Source: Thermoproteota archaeon
GTDB taxonomy: Archaea; Korarchaeota; Korarchaeia; B14-G2
Assembly: GCA_037917675.1 (NCBI GenBank)
Contig: JAVCBW010000043.1
Coordinates: 6,810 to 38,809, forward strand
DNA length: 32,000 nt
Reading direction: 5' to 3'
The position numbers were made by a program, and so were the translations under genes. Shown here piece by piece: positions 9,168 through 18,258 of this stretch; the first letter of the stretch is position 1, and each line of letters starts with the position of its first letter. Below the pieces are notes generated by a model. The model was not told the DNA's origin. It saw only the letters and a list, made by a program, of their open reading frames with translations, and ran no database searches.

Positions 9168-10082
9168 CTAGGGGGCTGGGTCTAGGAGCACCGGCTTCAC
9201 TTTCTCCATCTCCTCATCTGTAAGCTTCCAGTCTAGCTGCCTTACATGTGTTGGGTGGAGCTTAAACTGTCTTCTATGCTCCTCTGGTGGGTCTCCTCTG
9301 ACCTCTACTATAGGGTATAGGGTTTCTAGCTTTAGCTTCTCGTAGTAGCTTAGGTAGCCTACTTGCCTTGGGTTCACTCCCATCATCCAAGCTACTGTAC
9401 TATCTACTTGAGCTCCTGATGTGCCTGCTACGCAGACGCCCCACTTGACTGGGGTGCCTGAGACAGGGCCCTCGCCTTCCATGGCCTCGTAGCCGTCTAC
9501 TACAGCTAGCATGATGTTAGCTAGCCTAGAGAGCCTGAATATAGAGAGGTTTATTGCCTTATAGCCCTGGTGTATCTTCTGCTTCTCTCCTTTGAGCAGC
9601 ATACCTACTGCTACATTCTTCAAGCTAAGTGTGACTAGCACTGTATCATGAGTCTTAGCTGGAGCCACTGAGATGATAGGGGTCTCAAGCATCAGCTTAG
9701 AGGCCTTAGCCCTGAGCTCCCCTAGGCTGCTGTCGAATACTCTAACTTCAACACACTCTCCTGAGGGGTCTACTAGCTTAGCTCCATATCTCTCACAGAC
9801 CTCATGGTACCTGTAGTTCCTGTAGCCTTCTTCAGCAGAGCCTATTGCAGGTATCTCACCTACAAGGATCTCGATGTCACCTATGCTCCTGAGGAACTTG
9901 AGGACAGCATCTAGCGTGTCTCTATGTGTAGCAGCAAGCTGTCTTCTTACAGTAACCATGTTAGGCTTAACCAGCACCCTGCCAGCTTCAAGTAGCTTCT
10001 CTTCTACTTCACTTCTGATCAGCTCGAGGCACCTAGCTACATTCCCCTTTCTACCACGTCCAGATGATATGGCTACAGTCAA
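9168..10082 (-). CDS. DUF362 domain protein
   Basis: Motifs VLVKPNMV, PAKTHDTVLVTLSLKNVAVG and VVDGYEAMEGEGPVSGTP...VAGTSGAQVDSTVAWMMGVNP match the DUF362 pattern. It starts with TTG and is the last gene of the LutA/LutB-like operon. Confidence 0.8.
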   Translation of the reverse strand: MTVAISSGRGRKGNVARCLELIRSEVEEKLLEAGRVLVKPNMVTVRRQLAATHRDTLDAVLKFLRSIGDIEILVGEIPAIGSAEEGYRNYRYHEVCERYGAKLVDPSGECVEVRVFDSSLGELRAKASKLMLETPIISVAPAKTHDTVLVTLSLKNVAVGMLLKGEKQKIHQGYKAINLSIFRLSRLANIMLAVVDGYEAMEGEGPVSGTPVKWGVCVAGTSGAQVDSTVAWMMGVNPRQVGYLSYYEKLKLETLYPIVEVRGDPPEEHRRQFKLHPTHVRQLDWKLTDEEMEKVKPVLLDPAP

Positions 10083-10151
10083 GGTATCATCTAGGCTCTA
10101 GCCTCAGAGGAGTGCTTGCTGATGCTAATAGGGGACCTGGCCTTATAGCGC

Positions 10152-11348
10152 TTATGCATGGCTGCCTTGGAGCCTGCTGCCTTCAACCCATCTCCTCCTG
10201 AGCTCTCTGATCATCTTTGGCTGGTCTATTTTGAGTGGGCAGGCTTCCATGCATCTTCCACAGAGGAGGCAGGTATAGGAGTGTAGCATAGCTTCCTCTA
10301 TGCTTCCTGTTATGGCAGTCCATACTACACCTATCCCACCGACATATGTTCTTCCACCCCAGTATCCTCCAACCACCTTGAATACTGGGCACATGTACTG
10401 GCATGCTCCACACCTCAGGCAGTATAGGGCTTCCCTGAGCACTGGGTCTTCTGCAGCCTTATAGCGGCCGTTGTCAACTAGGATCACGTGTAGCTCTCTT
10501 GGGCCATGTGCCCCATAGACTACTGTCTTCTCTATGTCTCCTGTTTTGCTTGGTGATGCCACTATGTTCACATAGGATGTAGCCTTGTAGCCAGCATATC
10601 TCATGGTCACCTCTATGGCCATCCAGGCTTCAAGTGATGTCCTATATAGCTTCTCGACTCCAGCTACAGCTATATGCTTCTCAGGTAGGGTTGAAGCCAG
10701 CCTGGCGTTAGCTTCATTCTCTATGATGAAGAGCATACCTGAGTCAGCTGCTATAGCGTTAGCTCCAGTCACACCTACATCAGCCTTCAGGAACTTCTCT
10801 CTCAGGAATGCTCTAGCTGCCTTGGTTAGCTCAGGTATGCTGTCTCCGACCTCGATGCTAAGCTTCCTCCTGAAGAGCTCAGCTACCTCCTCTCTGGTGA
10901 CGTGTATAGCTGGAGCAGTGAAGTGCATTGGCTTAGAGCCTAGGAGCTGGACTATGAGCTCTCCTAGGTCAGTCTCCCACACCTCGTTTCCAAGCTCCTC
11001 CAGGTGCTCCCTCAGCCCTATCTCCTCTGTAGTCATGCTTTTAGCCTTGACCACAAGCCTGCTGCTTCCAACGAGCTCACCAGCTATCCTCCTAGCTTCC
11101 TCAGCTGTCCTAGCGATGTAGGCTGCTCCACCATTATCTTCTATCGAGTCAGCTGCCTGCTTGGTGAGCTCTCTCAGCTTTAGTATAGACTCCTCTCTAG
11201 CTTCTCTCACCCTAGCTGCTAGCTCAGATGCCTGCTCAGCGATCCTCCTCTTCTCCATGTAGCTCCTTACTGACCTAGCTAGCCCAGTTCTAAGCACCCT
11301 GTCCTTGGAGGCCTTAGCTAGCAGAGAGCTCACTTCACTGAACTTCAA
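10152..11348 (-). CDS. LutB-like LUD-domain iron-sulfur protein
   Basis: The LUD-domain segment VVKAKSMTTEEIGLREHLEELGNEVWETDLGELIVQL...APAIHV is followed by two 4Fe-4S motifs, CLRCGACQYMCPV and CLLCGRCMEACPL. Its TTG start overlaps the upstream stop (GCTTGAAG). Confidence 0.85.
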   Translation of the reverse strand: MKFSEVSSLLAKASKDRVLRTGLARSVRSYMEKRRIAEQASELAARVREAREESILKLRELTKQAADSIEDNGGAAYIARTAEEARRIAGELVGSSRLVVKAKSMTTEEIGLREHLEELGNEVWETDLGELIVQLLGSKPMHFTAPAIHVTREEVAELFRRKLSIEVGDSIPELTKAARAFLREKFLKADVGVTGANAIAADSGMLFIIENEANARLASTLPEKHIAVAGVEKLYRTSLEAWMAIEVTMRYAGYKATSYVNIVASPSKTGDIEKTVVYGAHGPRELHVILVDNGRYKAAEDPVLREALYCLRCGACQYMCPVFKVVGGYWGGRTYVGGIGVVWTAITGSIEEAMLHSYTCLLCGRCMEACPLKIDQPKMIRELRRRWVEGSRLQGSHA

Positions 11349-12247
11349 GCTCCCACCTCAAGGAGCTCACCTAGCTCAGCTACCCTGAGCTTCTGCTCTG
11401 ATAGTATGCTCCAGCATATCGGGCACTCGACAGCTACAGCTCCATCTGAGGCCAGCTCCATGGCTCTCTCAGCAGCAACTTCTCTGGAGATCCTGGGGAG
11501 CATAGCCTCGATGGGGCCGCCGCAGCAGCCTGTCAGCTCCCTACTGCACTCAGGCTCCAAGACCTCATAGCCAAGAGACTCCAGAAGCCACCTAGGCTCC
11601 TCTATGAGCTTAAGAAACCTCGCCATATAGCATGCGTCATGGAGCACCAAGCTTCCACTCGCCTTAGCGATGGGAGTATACTCCAGCTCATAGAGGAGCT
11701 CAACGTAATGCTTCACATCCATGCTCCACTCTATGAACTTAGGGTAAAGCTCTCTGAGAGCATAAGCTGTATGTGGATCTAAGGCCACGACGACACTAGC
11801 ACCTGAGCTAGCCAGCATCCTGGCTGTAGCCTTAGCCTGCTCCTCAAACAGCCTATCTAAGCCGAGGTCATAGTAGAGTACTCCAGAGTAGCTGTCACCA
11901 GCATAAGCTAAGTCTAGCCCACATCTCAGCAGTGCTCTGACAGCTCTCTGGGCAGCAGCCTCCAGCCCCCTACCTCTAGCAGCTGCCTTAATCAGGCTTG
12001 AGCCAAGCCTCCCAGCTTTAACAGCAGCTCCACCTAGCCTAAGAGACTCAGCTACACCAAGGAGCCTAGAGGAGAGCTTGATGTACTTAGCGAGGTCATG
12101 TAAGCCACCAGAGTACACGACGTACCTACCCCTCCTAGGGAGATCGAGCTCCTTAGCCCAGCCTCCTATCACATTCCTTAGCCCAAGTGGATTACCACTC
12201 CTCCTAGCATTCTCCACTATGCTCCCAAGTAAGGCATCTAACTCCAT
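11345..12247 (-). CDS. LutA/GlpC-like (Fe-S) oxidoreductase subunit with CCG-type cysteine-rich domains
   Basis: Two cysteine-rich repeats are present (ALDPHTAYAL...HDACYMARF...ELTGCCGGP...CPICW), as in LutA and HdrD-like CCG proteins. It is coupled to the LutB-like gene. Confidence 0.78.
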   Translation of the reverse strand: MELDALLGSIVENARRSGNPLGLRNVIGGWAKELDLPRRGRYVVYSGGLHDLAKYIKLSSRLLGVAESLRLGGAAVKAGRLGSSLIKAAARGRGLEAAAQRAVRALLRCGLDLAYAGDSYSGVLYYDLGLDRLFEEQAKATARMLASSGASVVVALDPHTAYALRELYPKFIEWSMDVKHYVELLYELEYTPIAKASGSLVLHDACYMARFLKLIEEPRWLLESLGYEVLEPECSRELTGCCGGPIEAMLPRISREVAAERAMELASDGAVAVECPICWSILSEQKLRVAELGELLEVGA

Positions 12248-12384
12248 GTAGCCCTCCCCCCAGAGGAGGCAGGCTATTTAAGCTTCTAGCTGACCTCAAA
12301 GGCTCAGGCAGACACGGTAGCTCAGCTGCTATATGACAAGCTAGCCTCATAAGCTATGTGAAATTAAGGTACGCTACGCTTCTA

Positions 12385-12787
12385 TCAGCTGTCTGCCACG
12401 CTTCCTGCTAATACTCTGCTTAAGCCTCTAATCTGGTCGAAAGCCTTATCTGTGGAGACCACTATACCATCATGCTCTAGAGCTTCAGCTGCAACCCCTG
12501 TATCAAAGTAGTCTAGGCCATACGCTAGCTCCAGCTCAGCTAGCAGATAGAGTGTTGTAGGTGCTATCCTGCCACCTGGATGTAAGGGTAGTCTGCCTGG
12601 GGAAGCTAGCTTCTCCATCCTCTCCCGAGGGCTATACCTCCTCAAGGTCATATCGAACTCAAGCAGAGCAACAGGACAGCATATAGCCCTCCTCAGATAG
12701 CTTTCTCACGTACTTTAAGGCTCTACTGTGCCTTGAGTCTCTGCTGTCAGCTGCAGCAAACAGCACCATGATATCAAGGACAGGCAT
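12385..12787 (-). pseudogene. PIN-domain (VapC-like) toxin, frameshifted, no recognisable antitoxin
   Basis: Frame 1 from ATG 12787: MPVLDIMVLFAAADSRDSRHSRALKYVRKLSEEGYMLSCCSA*. Frame 2 (contains ORF 12385..12651): PVALLEFDMTLRRYS...LYLLAELELAYGLDYFDTGVAAEALEHDGIVVSTDKAFDQIRGL. Together they form a typical PIN domain. An upstream in-frame ATG at 12836 is also possible. Confidence 0.6.
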
Positions 12788-13226
12788 CTCCCTCACCAAA
12801 CAGGAGCTTAGAAGCCTCATGACCCCTCCTCTAGCCATGTATGCCCGCCATAATATTTCCTTAAAAATACCTCTTGAGGAGACACTTTCAGTGAGAAAGC
12901 TATAACATAACCCTAAGCTGAAGTAGGCTCCCTAACTGGAGGGCATAGAGGAGCCCAGCTTGCTTTATCCTGCTATTCCTATCTGGGAGCCTGTGATCAC
13001 GAGCACTAGCCCCCTAGATGCCTTTTTGGCTCCATGAGACCCCAAGCTTGGCCTTAGAGCAGCTCGTCTGCATTCTAGCGTAGGCAGCCCTATTTTCAGG
13101 CAGCTACCTATGCCTATAGCTTTACTCTGCTAGCTGAAGGGTGTAAGAGCCTCAGCTTACGCCTCACCTGTCCTATGATGAGTGGAAGCTCTCTGGTGTG
13201 CTAGCTCAGCTGCTGGCGTCAGGAGG

Positions 13227-13664
13227 CTATGCCTGCTCTCTGATCGGCTTCAGTACTATCCTAGGCCTCTCTGGCCAATCTGGAGTCTCCTCTGGCTTTT
13301 CAGATGAAACCTCTACCCTAGTGTCTACGTCTATTTGCCCTGGCTCAGCTATACCCTTAACCATACCTATGATAGGTGTGCCATCATCTAGCTTGACTAC
13401 TGCTACAGCATATGGTGCTAGCTTCTGTAGCATGGGTGGAGCTACATGTATTATCGTGTAGGTCACTATTCTGCCTTGCTTTGGTAGCTCAACCCACTCT
13501 AGGTCTGCTGAATAGCATTCTGGGCAGACTGGCCTAGGTGGGAAGGTCTTCTTCCCGCATCTCCTGCACTTCGAGGCCATGAGCTTGCCTTCCTCAAGGA
13601 GCCTATAGAACTCCTCTAGGGTTGTGTCAGGTAGCTTGATTGGCTCCTCACCCACTTCAGTCAC
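13227..13664 (-). CDS. DUF35 OB-fold/zinc-ribbon protein (thiolase-associated)
   Basis: A zinc ribbon (CRRCGKKTFPPRPVCPEC) is followed by an OB-fold segment. The gene overlaps the upstream thiolase gene by 8 nt. Confidence 0.85.
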   Translation of the reverse strand: MTEVGEEPIKLPDTTLEEFYRLLEEGKLMASKCRRCGKKTFPPRPVCPECYSADLEWVELPKQGRIVTYTIIHVAPPMLQKLAPYAVAVVKLDDGTPIIGMVKGIAEPGQIDVDTRVEVSSEKPEETPDWPERPRIVLKPIREQA

Positions 13665-14847
13665 CTCTCTTGCATATGGTTACTACAGCTGATGCACCTG
13701 GGCCACCTAGGTTGTGTGCTAGCCCTACTTCAGCCCCCTCTACCTGCCTCCTCTCAGCTTCTCCTCTGAGCTGGAGGAATATCTCGTAGAGCTGAGCTGC
13801 TCCTGTGGCGCCAACGGGATGCCCCTTACACTTTAAGCCTCCACTCGGGTTAACTGGGATCTTACCTCCTATCTCAACTTGCCCTTCTCTTATCAGCTTC
13901 ATCCCCTCTCCCTTCCTAGCGAACCCTAGGTCCTCGTAGGCTACTAGCTCTGATATCGTGAAGCAGTCATGTACTTCAGCGACATCTATGTCCTTCGGCT
14001 CCAAGCCAGCCATCTTGTATGCTTCCTTAGCTGCCTCCACATTGGCTCTGAAGGTAGCTGTCTCATAGTCTTTTTCAAAGGCTAGTATGCTATCGCAGGC
14101 AAACCCCTGCCCTACTATGTGTACTGGTGTGTCAGTGAGCTTCCTGGCGAGCTCAGGCTTCGTCACAACCATGAGAGCTGCTCCATCTGTTATGGGACAG
14201 CAGTCATAGAGCTTGAGAGGCCATGCTATCACCCTTGAGCTGAGGGCCTTCTCCAGTGTTATCTCCTTCTGGAAGTGGGCCTTAGGGTTCTTGGCTCCAT
14301 TCCTGTGGTTCTTGACAGCTATCATCGCCAGGTCCTCTTCTGTGCTCCCATATTTCCTCATGTGTGCTACAGCCATCAGGGCGAAGAACCCTGGGAATGT
14401 GAGGCCACTCCACTGGTCGAAGTGGAAGTCGTCTGCTGTGGCTATGAGCTCTGTCGCCACTGGAGTAGAGACATTCGTCATCTTCTCAGCTCCACCAGCT
14501 ATCACGACGTCATATAGCCCTGATGCCACAGCTGCTACAGCGAACCTCAAGGCTGCTCCTGCTGACGCACAGGCTGCCTCAGTTCTTATGGCAGCCTTAG
14601 GGAGGAGCCCAGCCCAAGTTGCTGCAGTTGACCCAGCGTGCCCCTGGTGCTCAAAGCCCTCACACATCATGCCAATGAACAATGCTTGCACATCCCTCTT
14701 CAAATCTAAGCTAGGACACCTGTCAACAGCCTCCTTGAGGGCTTCAAGGAAGAGCTCACGCCAGTAGAGCCCCTCCCTCCTACCGAACTTGCTCATCCCA
14801 GCTGACACTATCGAGGCGATAGGCCTACCAGACAAAGCTGCCACCAA
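13657..14847 (-). CDS. Thiolase (acetyl-CoA acetyltransferase / SCP-x-type)
   Basis: Nucleophile Cys context TEAACASAGAAL, C-terminal GLAHNLGGPG and NPSGGLKCKGHPVGATG. The pairing with DUF35 is typical of archaea. Confidence 0.9.
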   Translation of the reverse strand: MVAALSGRPIASIVSAGMSKFGRREGLYWRELFLEALKEAVDRCPSLDLKRDVQALFIGMMCEGFEHQGHAGSTAATWAGLLPKAAIRTEAACASAGAALRFAVAAVASGLYDVVIAGGAEKMTNVSTPVATELIATADDFHFDQWSGLTFPGFFALMAVAHMRKYGSTEEDLAMIAVKNHRNGAKNPKAHFQKEITLEKALSSRVIAWPLKLYDCCPITDGAALMVVTKPELARKLTDTPVHIVGQGFACDSILAFEKDYETATFRANVEAAKEAYKMAGLEPKDIDVAEVHDCFTISELVAYEDLGFARKGEGMKLIREGQVEIGGKIPVNPSGGLKCKGHPVGATGAAQLYEIFLQLRGEAERRQVEGAEVGLAHNLGGPGASAVVTICKRGD

Positions 14848-14864
14848 CCCCCTAGCTGCGAGAG

Positions 14865-14877
14865 GTTTATTTTTTTA
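14865..14877 (-). promoter_or_regulatory. TATA-like box for the thiolase-DUF35 operon
   Basis: The minus strand reads TAAAAAAATAAAC, 18-30 nt upstream of the start at 14847. Confidence 0.4.
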
Positions 14878-14921
14878 CCTGAGGCTCCATGACAGCTAAG
14901 CCAGCTGAAAGTGGGCGCACA

Positions 14922-14930
14922 CTTTTTAAG
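14922..14930 (+). promoter_or_regulatory. TATA-like box for the HTH regulator gene
   Basis: CTTTTTAAG ends 27 nt upstream of the TTG start at 14957. It is divergent from the thiolase promoter. Confidence 0.45.
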
Positions 14931-14956
14931 AGCCTCCCACATGGAACCTAGGGACC

Positions 14957-15298
14957 TTGAGAGCATACTGCGAGACATTCACCAGAGAAGTACTTCCAGC
15001 AATAAGAGCCATGATAGCTCAGAAGCTCATCAGGGAGCTAGGGATGAAGCAGAGTGAGACAGCAGAGCTCCTGGGAGTAACCCAGGCGACCATAAGCCAC
15101 TACATCAACCTTAGGAGAGGGAAAGTTGCGGTGCTCCTCCAAACAGAGGAAGTGGCCTCGTCTCTAAGCGAGATCGTAGAGAAGATAGCAAGGGAGAGAG
15201 AGCCAATAACGCCAAGTGACATCTGCCAGATATGCAGGAAGACCAGGCTACACCTAGTAGCACAGAGCCTCAATCCTTCAAAGAAACAGAGCAAGTGA
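14957..15298 (+). CDS. HTH (XRE-like) transcriptional regulator, archaeal COG2522-like
   Basis: AYCETFTREVLPAIRAMIAQKLIRELGMKQSETAELLGVTQATISHYINLRRG, plus a C-terminal CQIC pair. It starts with TTG. Confidence 0.75.
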   Translation: MRAYCETFTREVLPAIRAMIAQKLIRELGMKQSETAELLGVTQATISHYINLRRGKVAVLLQTEEVASSLSEIVEKIAREREPITPSDICQICRKTRLHLVAQSLNPSKKQSK

Positions 15299-15500
15299 CC
15301 TCAGCAACCTCCTCAACCATAGCTTTAACAGAGCAAAGCCTCTCTATAGAAGCCCTGATAGCTTCTTTAACCACATCACGTGGAGCACCAGAAGACACAG
15401 TGTACTCAAGCCTGATCCTAGTGAAGATCCTAGGACAGCTAAGCCTTCTGGCAAAGCTGAGGGCTATATCAGAGCTTAGGCGCCTGGGGGCTAGGATCAC
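15270..15500 (-). CDS. Hypothetical small protein (76 aa); weak Pcc1-like resemblance only
   Basis: Its codon usage resembles the real genes (AGG, GAG, GCT). The overlapping + ORF 15232..15510 is S/T-rich like the antisense shadows elsewhere. The segment APRDVVKEAIRASIERLCSVKAMVEEV vaguely recalls the Pcc1 C-terminal helix. There is no strong motif. Confidence 0.3.
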   Translation of the reverse strand: MILAPRRLSSDIALSFARRLSCPRIFTRIRLEYTVSSGAPRDVVKEAIRASIERLCSVKAMVEEVAEVTCSVSLKD

Positions 15501-15928
15501 TGCAGGTTAGCTTAGGTTGGTTTAGATGGTAGGTAGCTAGAAGCTTATCTACCTTCTATCAGCTGGTGCAGGAGTCTTGTCAGCAGCGCTATCAGGTGAG
15601 AAGTGTAAGCTGACAAAGGAACTACTGAGAGGTGAGGTGATCCTCTTTCCAGCAGCTCTCCCAGCTACAGCCATGGCATGGAGGATGGTAAGGCAGCTGA
15701 CAGCATCTCCTCCACCAGCTCACGTGAGCAGAGAAGCTTAAGGGAGCTTAGGCCCCCCTGGCGAGGAAAGCAGCTCAGCAAGCTGCTTTAGCTAAAGCTT
15801 GCAGCTGAAGCTCACGCACTTAAGTGTACTCGCTTGCTAGCTCCTGAAGCCTTCCAGCAGCTTCAGCTAGTGCAGCCTCTACCTAGCTTGCCACACTCTG
15901 CTATCCTTTGCTAGAGGCTTTTAGGCTG

Positions 15929-15937
15929 AATAAAAAT
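15929..15937 (-). terminator. Oligo-T tract downstream of the 258-aa gene
   Basis: The minus strand reads ATTTTTATT about 28 nt after the stop codon at 15965. Archaeal terminators are typically T-runs. Confidence 0.35.
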
Positions 15938-15964
15938 GTGGGTGCTGAGGCCTGTGTCCTCTGT

Positions 15965-16741
15965 TCAGGCTTTGGATAGTGCTGTCCCGTTTGATAGGTT
16001 GATGATTGCTCCACTATAGCCCCAGATGACTGCTCTTATCCCAAATGCTTCAGCAGCCTCCTTTCTCAATACGAGGATGTTATGGCAGAATACTCTGACC
16101 GTGTCTCCTGGGTTAAAGCTGGCTGATGCCTCCTCCCATGTGGTTTCTCCCTCTCCCGCTTTCAGCCAGGCTCCTCCTGTGACCACTAGCGCCATGTGGT
16201 CTCCTCTCTTTATGAGGAGGTAGTTTTCTCCCTTCTCAGCTATCTCTCCTCTGACACTGAGATATGCTCTCATGTGTACGTGTCTTGCTGCAGAGCGCTT
16301 TAGGAGAGCTGGCCTGATGAATATGTTGCCGCCTTGCCTTAGCCCTAGAAGCACGTTTACTATGCTATCTCCTCTGTTTAGCGTCACCATAGCTACCAGG
16401 GCTTCTCTGCTCTCGATGTAGCCTGCAGCCTCACTCCACTCTACTTTAGCCACCTTGCCTGCGACCATGAGCCACATGCCTTCTGCAGCCAGCTCCATCT
16501 CCTCACCTTCTCTCTCCACTGTTATCGTGGAGTCTCCGACTGCTAGAATCCTAGCGTTGAACACCTCTATGCTACTGCCATCTCCTCTATCTGATGAGGC
16601 TGAGGCACCTACTTGAGGTGTAAGCACTGCTATAGCAGCTATAGCCAAGACGGCCATTACGCCGCCTACTACAGCTGTCTTCCTAGCTAGATTCAACAGG
16701 CTCACCACAGCTAATACATTCACGTTAAAAGAGTTGTGCAT
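15965..16741 (-). CDS. Hypothetical N-terminally anchored/secreted protein with an internal tandem duplication
   Basis: It has an N-terminal hydrophobic segment (AVVGGVMAVLAIAAIAVL). Two related halves of about 90 aa follow (EGMWLMVAGKVAKVEWSEAAGY... and GGAWLKAGEGETTWEEASASF...). I recognise no family. Confidence 0.6.
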   Translation of the reverse strand: MHNSFNVNVLAVVSLLNLARKTAVVGGVMAVLAIAAIAVLTPQVGASASSDRGDGSSIEVFNARILAVGDSTITVEREGEEMELAAEGMWLMVAGKVAKVEWSEAAGYIESREALVAMVTLNRGDSIVNVLLGLRQGGNIFIRPALLKRSAARHVHMRAYLSVRGEIAEKGENYLLIKRGDHMALVVTGGAWLKAGEGETTWEEASASFNPGDTVRVFCHNILVLRKEAAEAFGIRAVIWGYSGAIINLSNGTALSKA

Positions 16742-16922
16742 GAATCATCTACGCTAAGCTGCCTTCCATGACATGGAGTAGACAGCTCACAGTAGGCGGC
16801 TCACAGCTCTGCTTACTGGCTTCCAGGCTCCCCTCAGAGCTAGAGGCTGGTGTATGCTGTCAAGCTGCTTTCAGGCTCCTCTATTAGAGAGGGCTCCATG
16901 TGGCTTTACAGCAATGGGGGTG

Positions 16923-17369
16923 CTAGCGTTGGTGAGCATTGCTTCTTTTCTCTCTAAGCTTACTCCTGAGCTCATTGTGGCCTCCAAGCAGCTTGAAATC
17001 GACCTTAGTTGAGTCGAGGTATCTGGCTGAGTCTCCTCTTCTGTATACCTCCACCCCCTTTTCTAGCGCTTGTGCTATGAACTGGTTTCCTGTCTTAGCT
17101 GCCTGCTCCACTTCTTCTACTGAGTATACTGCTATCTCGACGTTTACGTCTTTGATGGCCTTCAGCTGGAACCTCTCGTGCTTGCCTGGCTTCTCTACTG
17201 TTATCGCCAGTATGTCTATGTCGCTTAGCCCTCTCACAAACTTCCCTTCAGCTAGTGAGCCTGCTATCAGGACTGATAGAGGCTTGTACTCTTCTATAAG
17301 CTCTCCTAGCAGCTTCTCGAGGCCTTCCAGCAGGTCTCTTGTATGCTGTCCTCTAAGGGTCTCTCTCAA
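16923..17369 (-). CDS. Nucleotidyltransferase-domain protein (MNT partner of HEPN)
   Basis: LIAGSLAEGKFVRGLSDIDILAIT is the GSx(n)DxD core. The track ORF extends to 17492, but that part lies inside the HEPN gene. TTG 17369, which overlaps the HEPN stop, is the more likely start. The start remains uncertain. Confidence 0.75.
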   Translation of the reverse strand: MRETLRGQHTRDLLEGLEKLLGELIEEYKPLSVLIAGSLAEGKFVRGLSDIDILAITVEKPGKHERFQLKAIKDVNVEIAVYSVEEVEQAAKTGNQFIAQALEKGVEVYRRGDSARYLDSTKVDFKLLGGHNELRSKLREKRSNAHQR

Positions 17370-17784
17370 TCTCTCTCTTAACAAGCTCCAGCACCTCGCT
17401 AGCGTAGGTAAGGGCCTTCTCAGAGTCCTCTGCAGTATAGTGCTTGTATGGGGCTCCAGCAGGCCAGGCATTTGGATATCTTGTTGGGACATAGAACCTG
17501 TCTAGGAGGCTTGCCTTGGAGACTAGCTCCTGTGGTATGCTGACTGCCTCAGAGGCCTTTTTGAGCAGCTCAGCTACGCTGTGTATGGCCTCGTATCTCC
17601 CCATTTTCCTTATCAGTAGGGCTTTGGCAGCCTTCTCACATGCCTGATGTGCGAAGTAGCAGGCTTTGCTATACCTCTTAAGCTTGTGGAGGTCTAGTGC
17701 AGCAGCATAGTCGTCTAAGGCTTCATCAAGCCAATCGATGTACCTGCTGTAGCTCACCTCTGCCCCCAGTAGCTCAGGTAGCAC
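17353..17784 (-). CDS. HEPN-domain protein (PF05168-like)
   Basis: ALDLHKLKRYSKACYFAHQACEKAAKALL...LLDRFYVPTRYPN is the classic HEPN helix pattern found next to minimal nucleotidyltransferases. Confidence 0.85.
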   Translation of the reverse strand: MLPELLGAEVSYSRYIDWLDEALDDYAAALDLHKLKRYSKACYFAHQACEKAAKALLIRKMGRYEAIHSVAELLKKASEAVSIPQELVSKASLLDRFYVPTRYPNAWPAGAPYKHYTAEDSEKALTYASEVLELVKREIERDP

Positions 17785-17835
17785 AGAGTATATAAGATGC
17801 TATGCTGTGATCTCTATGGAGCCTAGAGCTGTCAG

Positions 17836-18258
17836 CTACTTTACTCTCGTGAGAACTATCTTAGGCACTATCTTGCTTACCCCATCTATCTTCCCATACT
17901 TCATGTAGATTAGCTTTGTCAGCTGGGTTGTGTCTCTAGCCCAGACTTCCATCACGAGTGTGTGGCTTCCTGCTGCAAGATACACCCTCCTGACTTCATC
18001 GAACTCAGCTAGCTTCCTGGCTATATCTATGCACTTGCTTGGCTCTGCATCCACCTCGACCATCGCTATAGCCTTGTATCCTAGCTTCTCTGGATCTAGG
18101 TCGACGGTGTACCTCCTGATCACACCTAGATTCTCCAGCTTTCTAACTCTCTTCCTAACTGAGGACTCGCTTATCCCAAGCTTCCTAGCCATCTCGACAT
18201 ATGGTGTTCTAGCATCTGATTCTAAAATCCTTAATATGACATGGTCTCTCCCATCCAC
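17836..18258 (-). CDS. Lrp/AsnC family transcriptional regulator
   Basis: The HTH is ILRILESDARTPYVEMARKLGISESSVRKRVRKLENLGVIRRY, followed by a RAM/ACT-like C-terminal domain. It starts with GTG. An AT-rich promoter region lies at 18281-18370 (GCTTATAATC on the minus strand at 18289-18298). Confidence 0.9.
   Translation of the reverse strand: MDGRDHVILRILESDARTPYVEMARKLGISESSVRKRVRKLENLGVIRRYTVDLDPEKLGYKAIAMVEVDAEPSKCIDIARKLAEFDEVRRVYLAAGSHTLVMEVWARDTTQLTKLIYMKYGKIDGVSKIVPKIVLTRVK

Noticed and set aside
15232-15510. 92-aa + strand ORF
   Set aside because: Its S/T-rich composition with A-ending codons matches the antisense shadows. The overlapping minus-strand ORF is the better candidate, though still weak.
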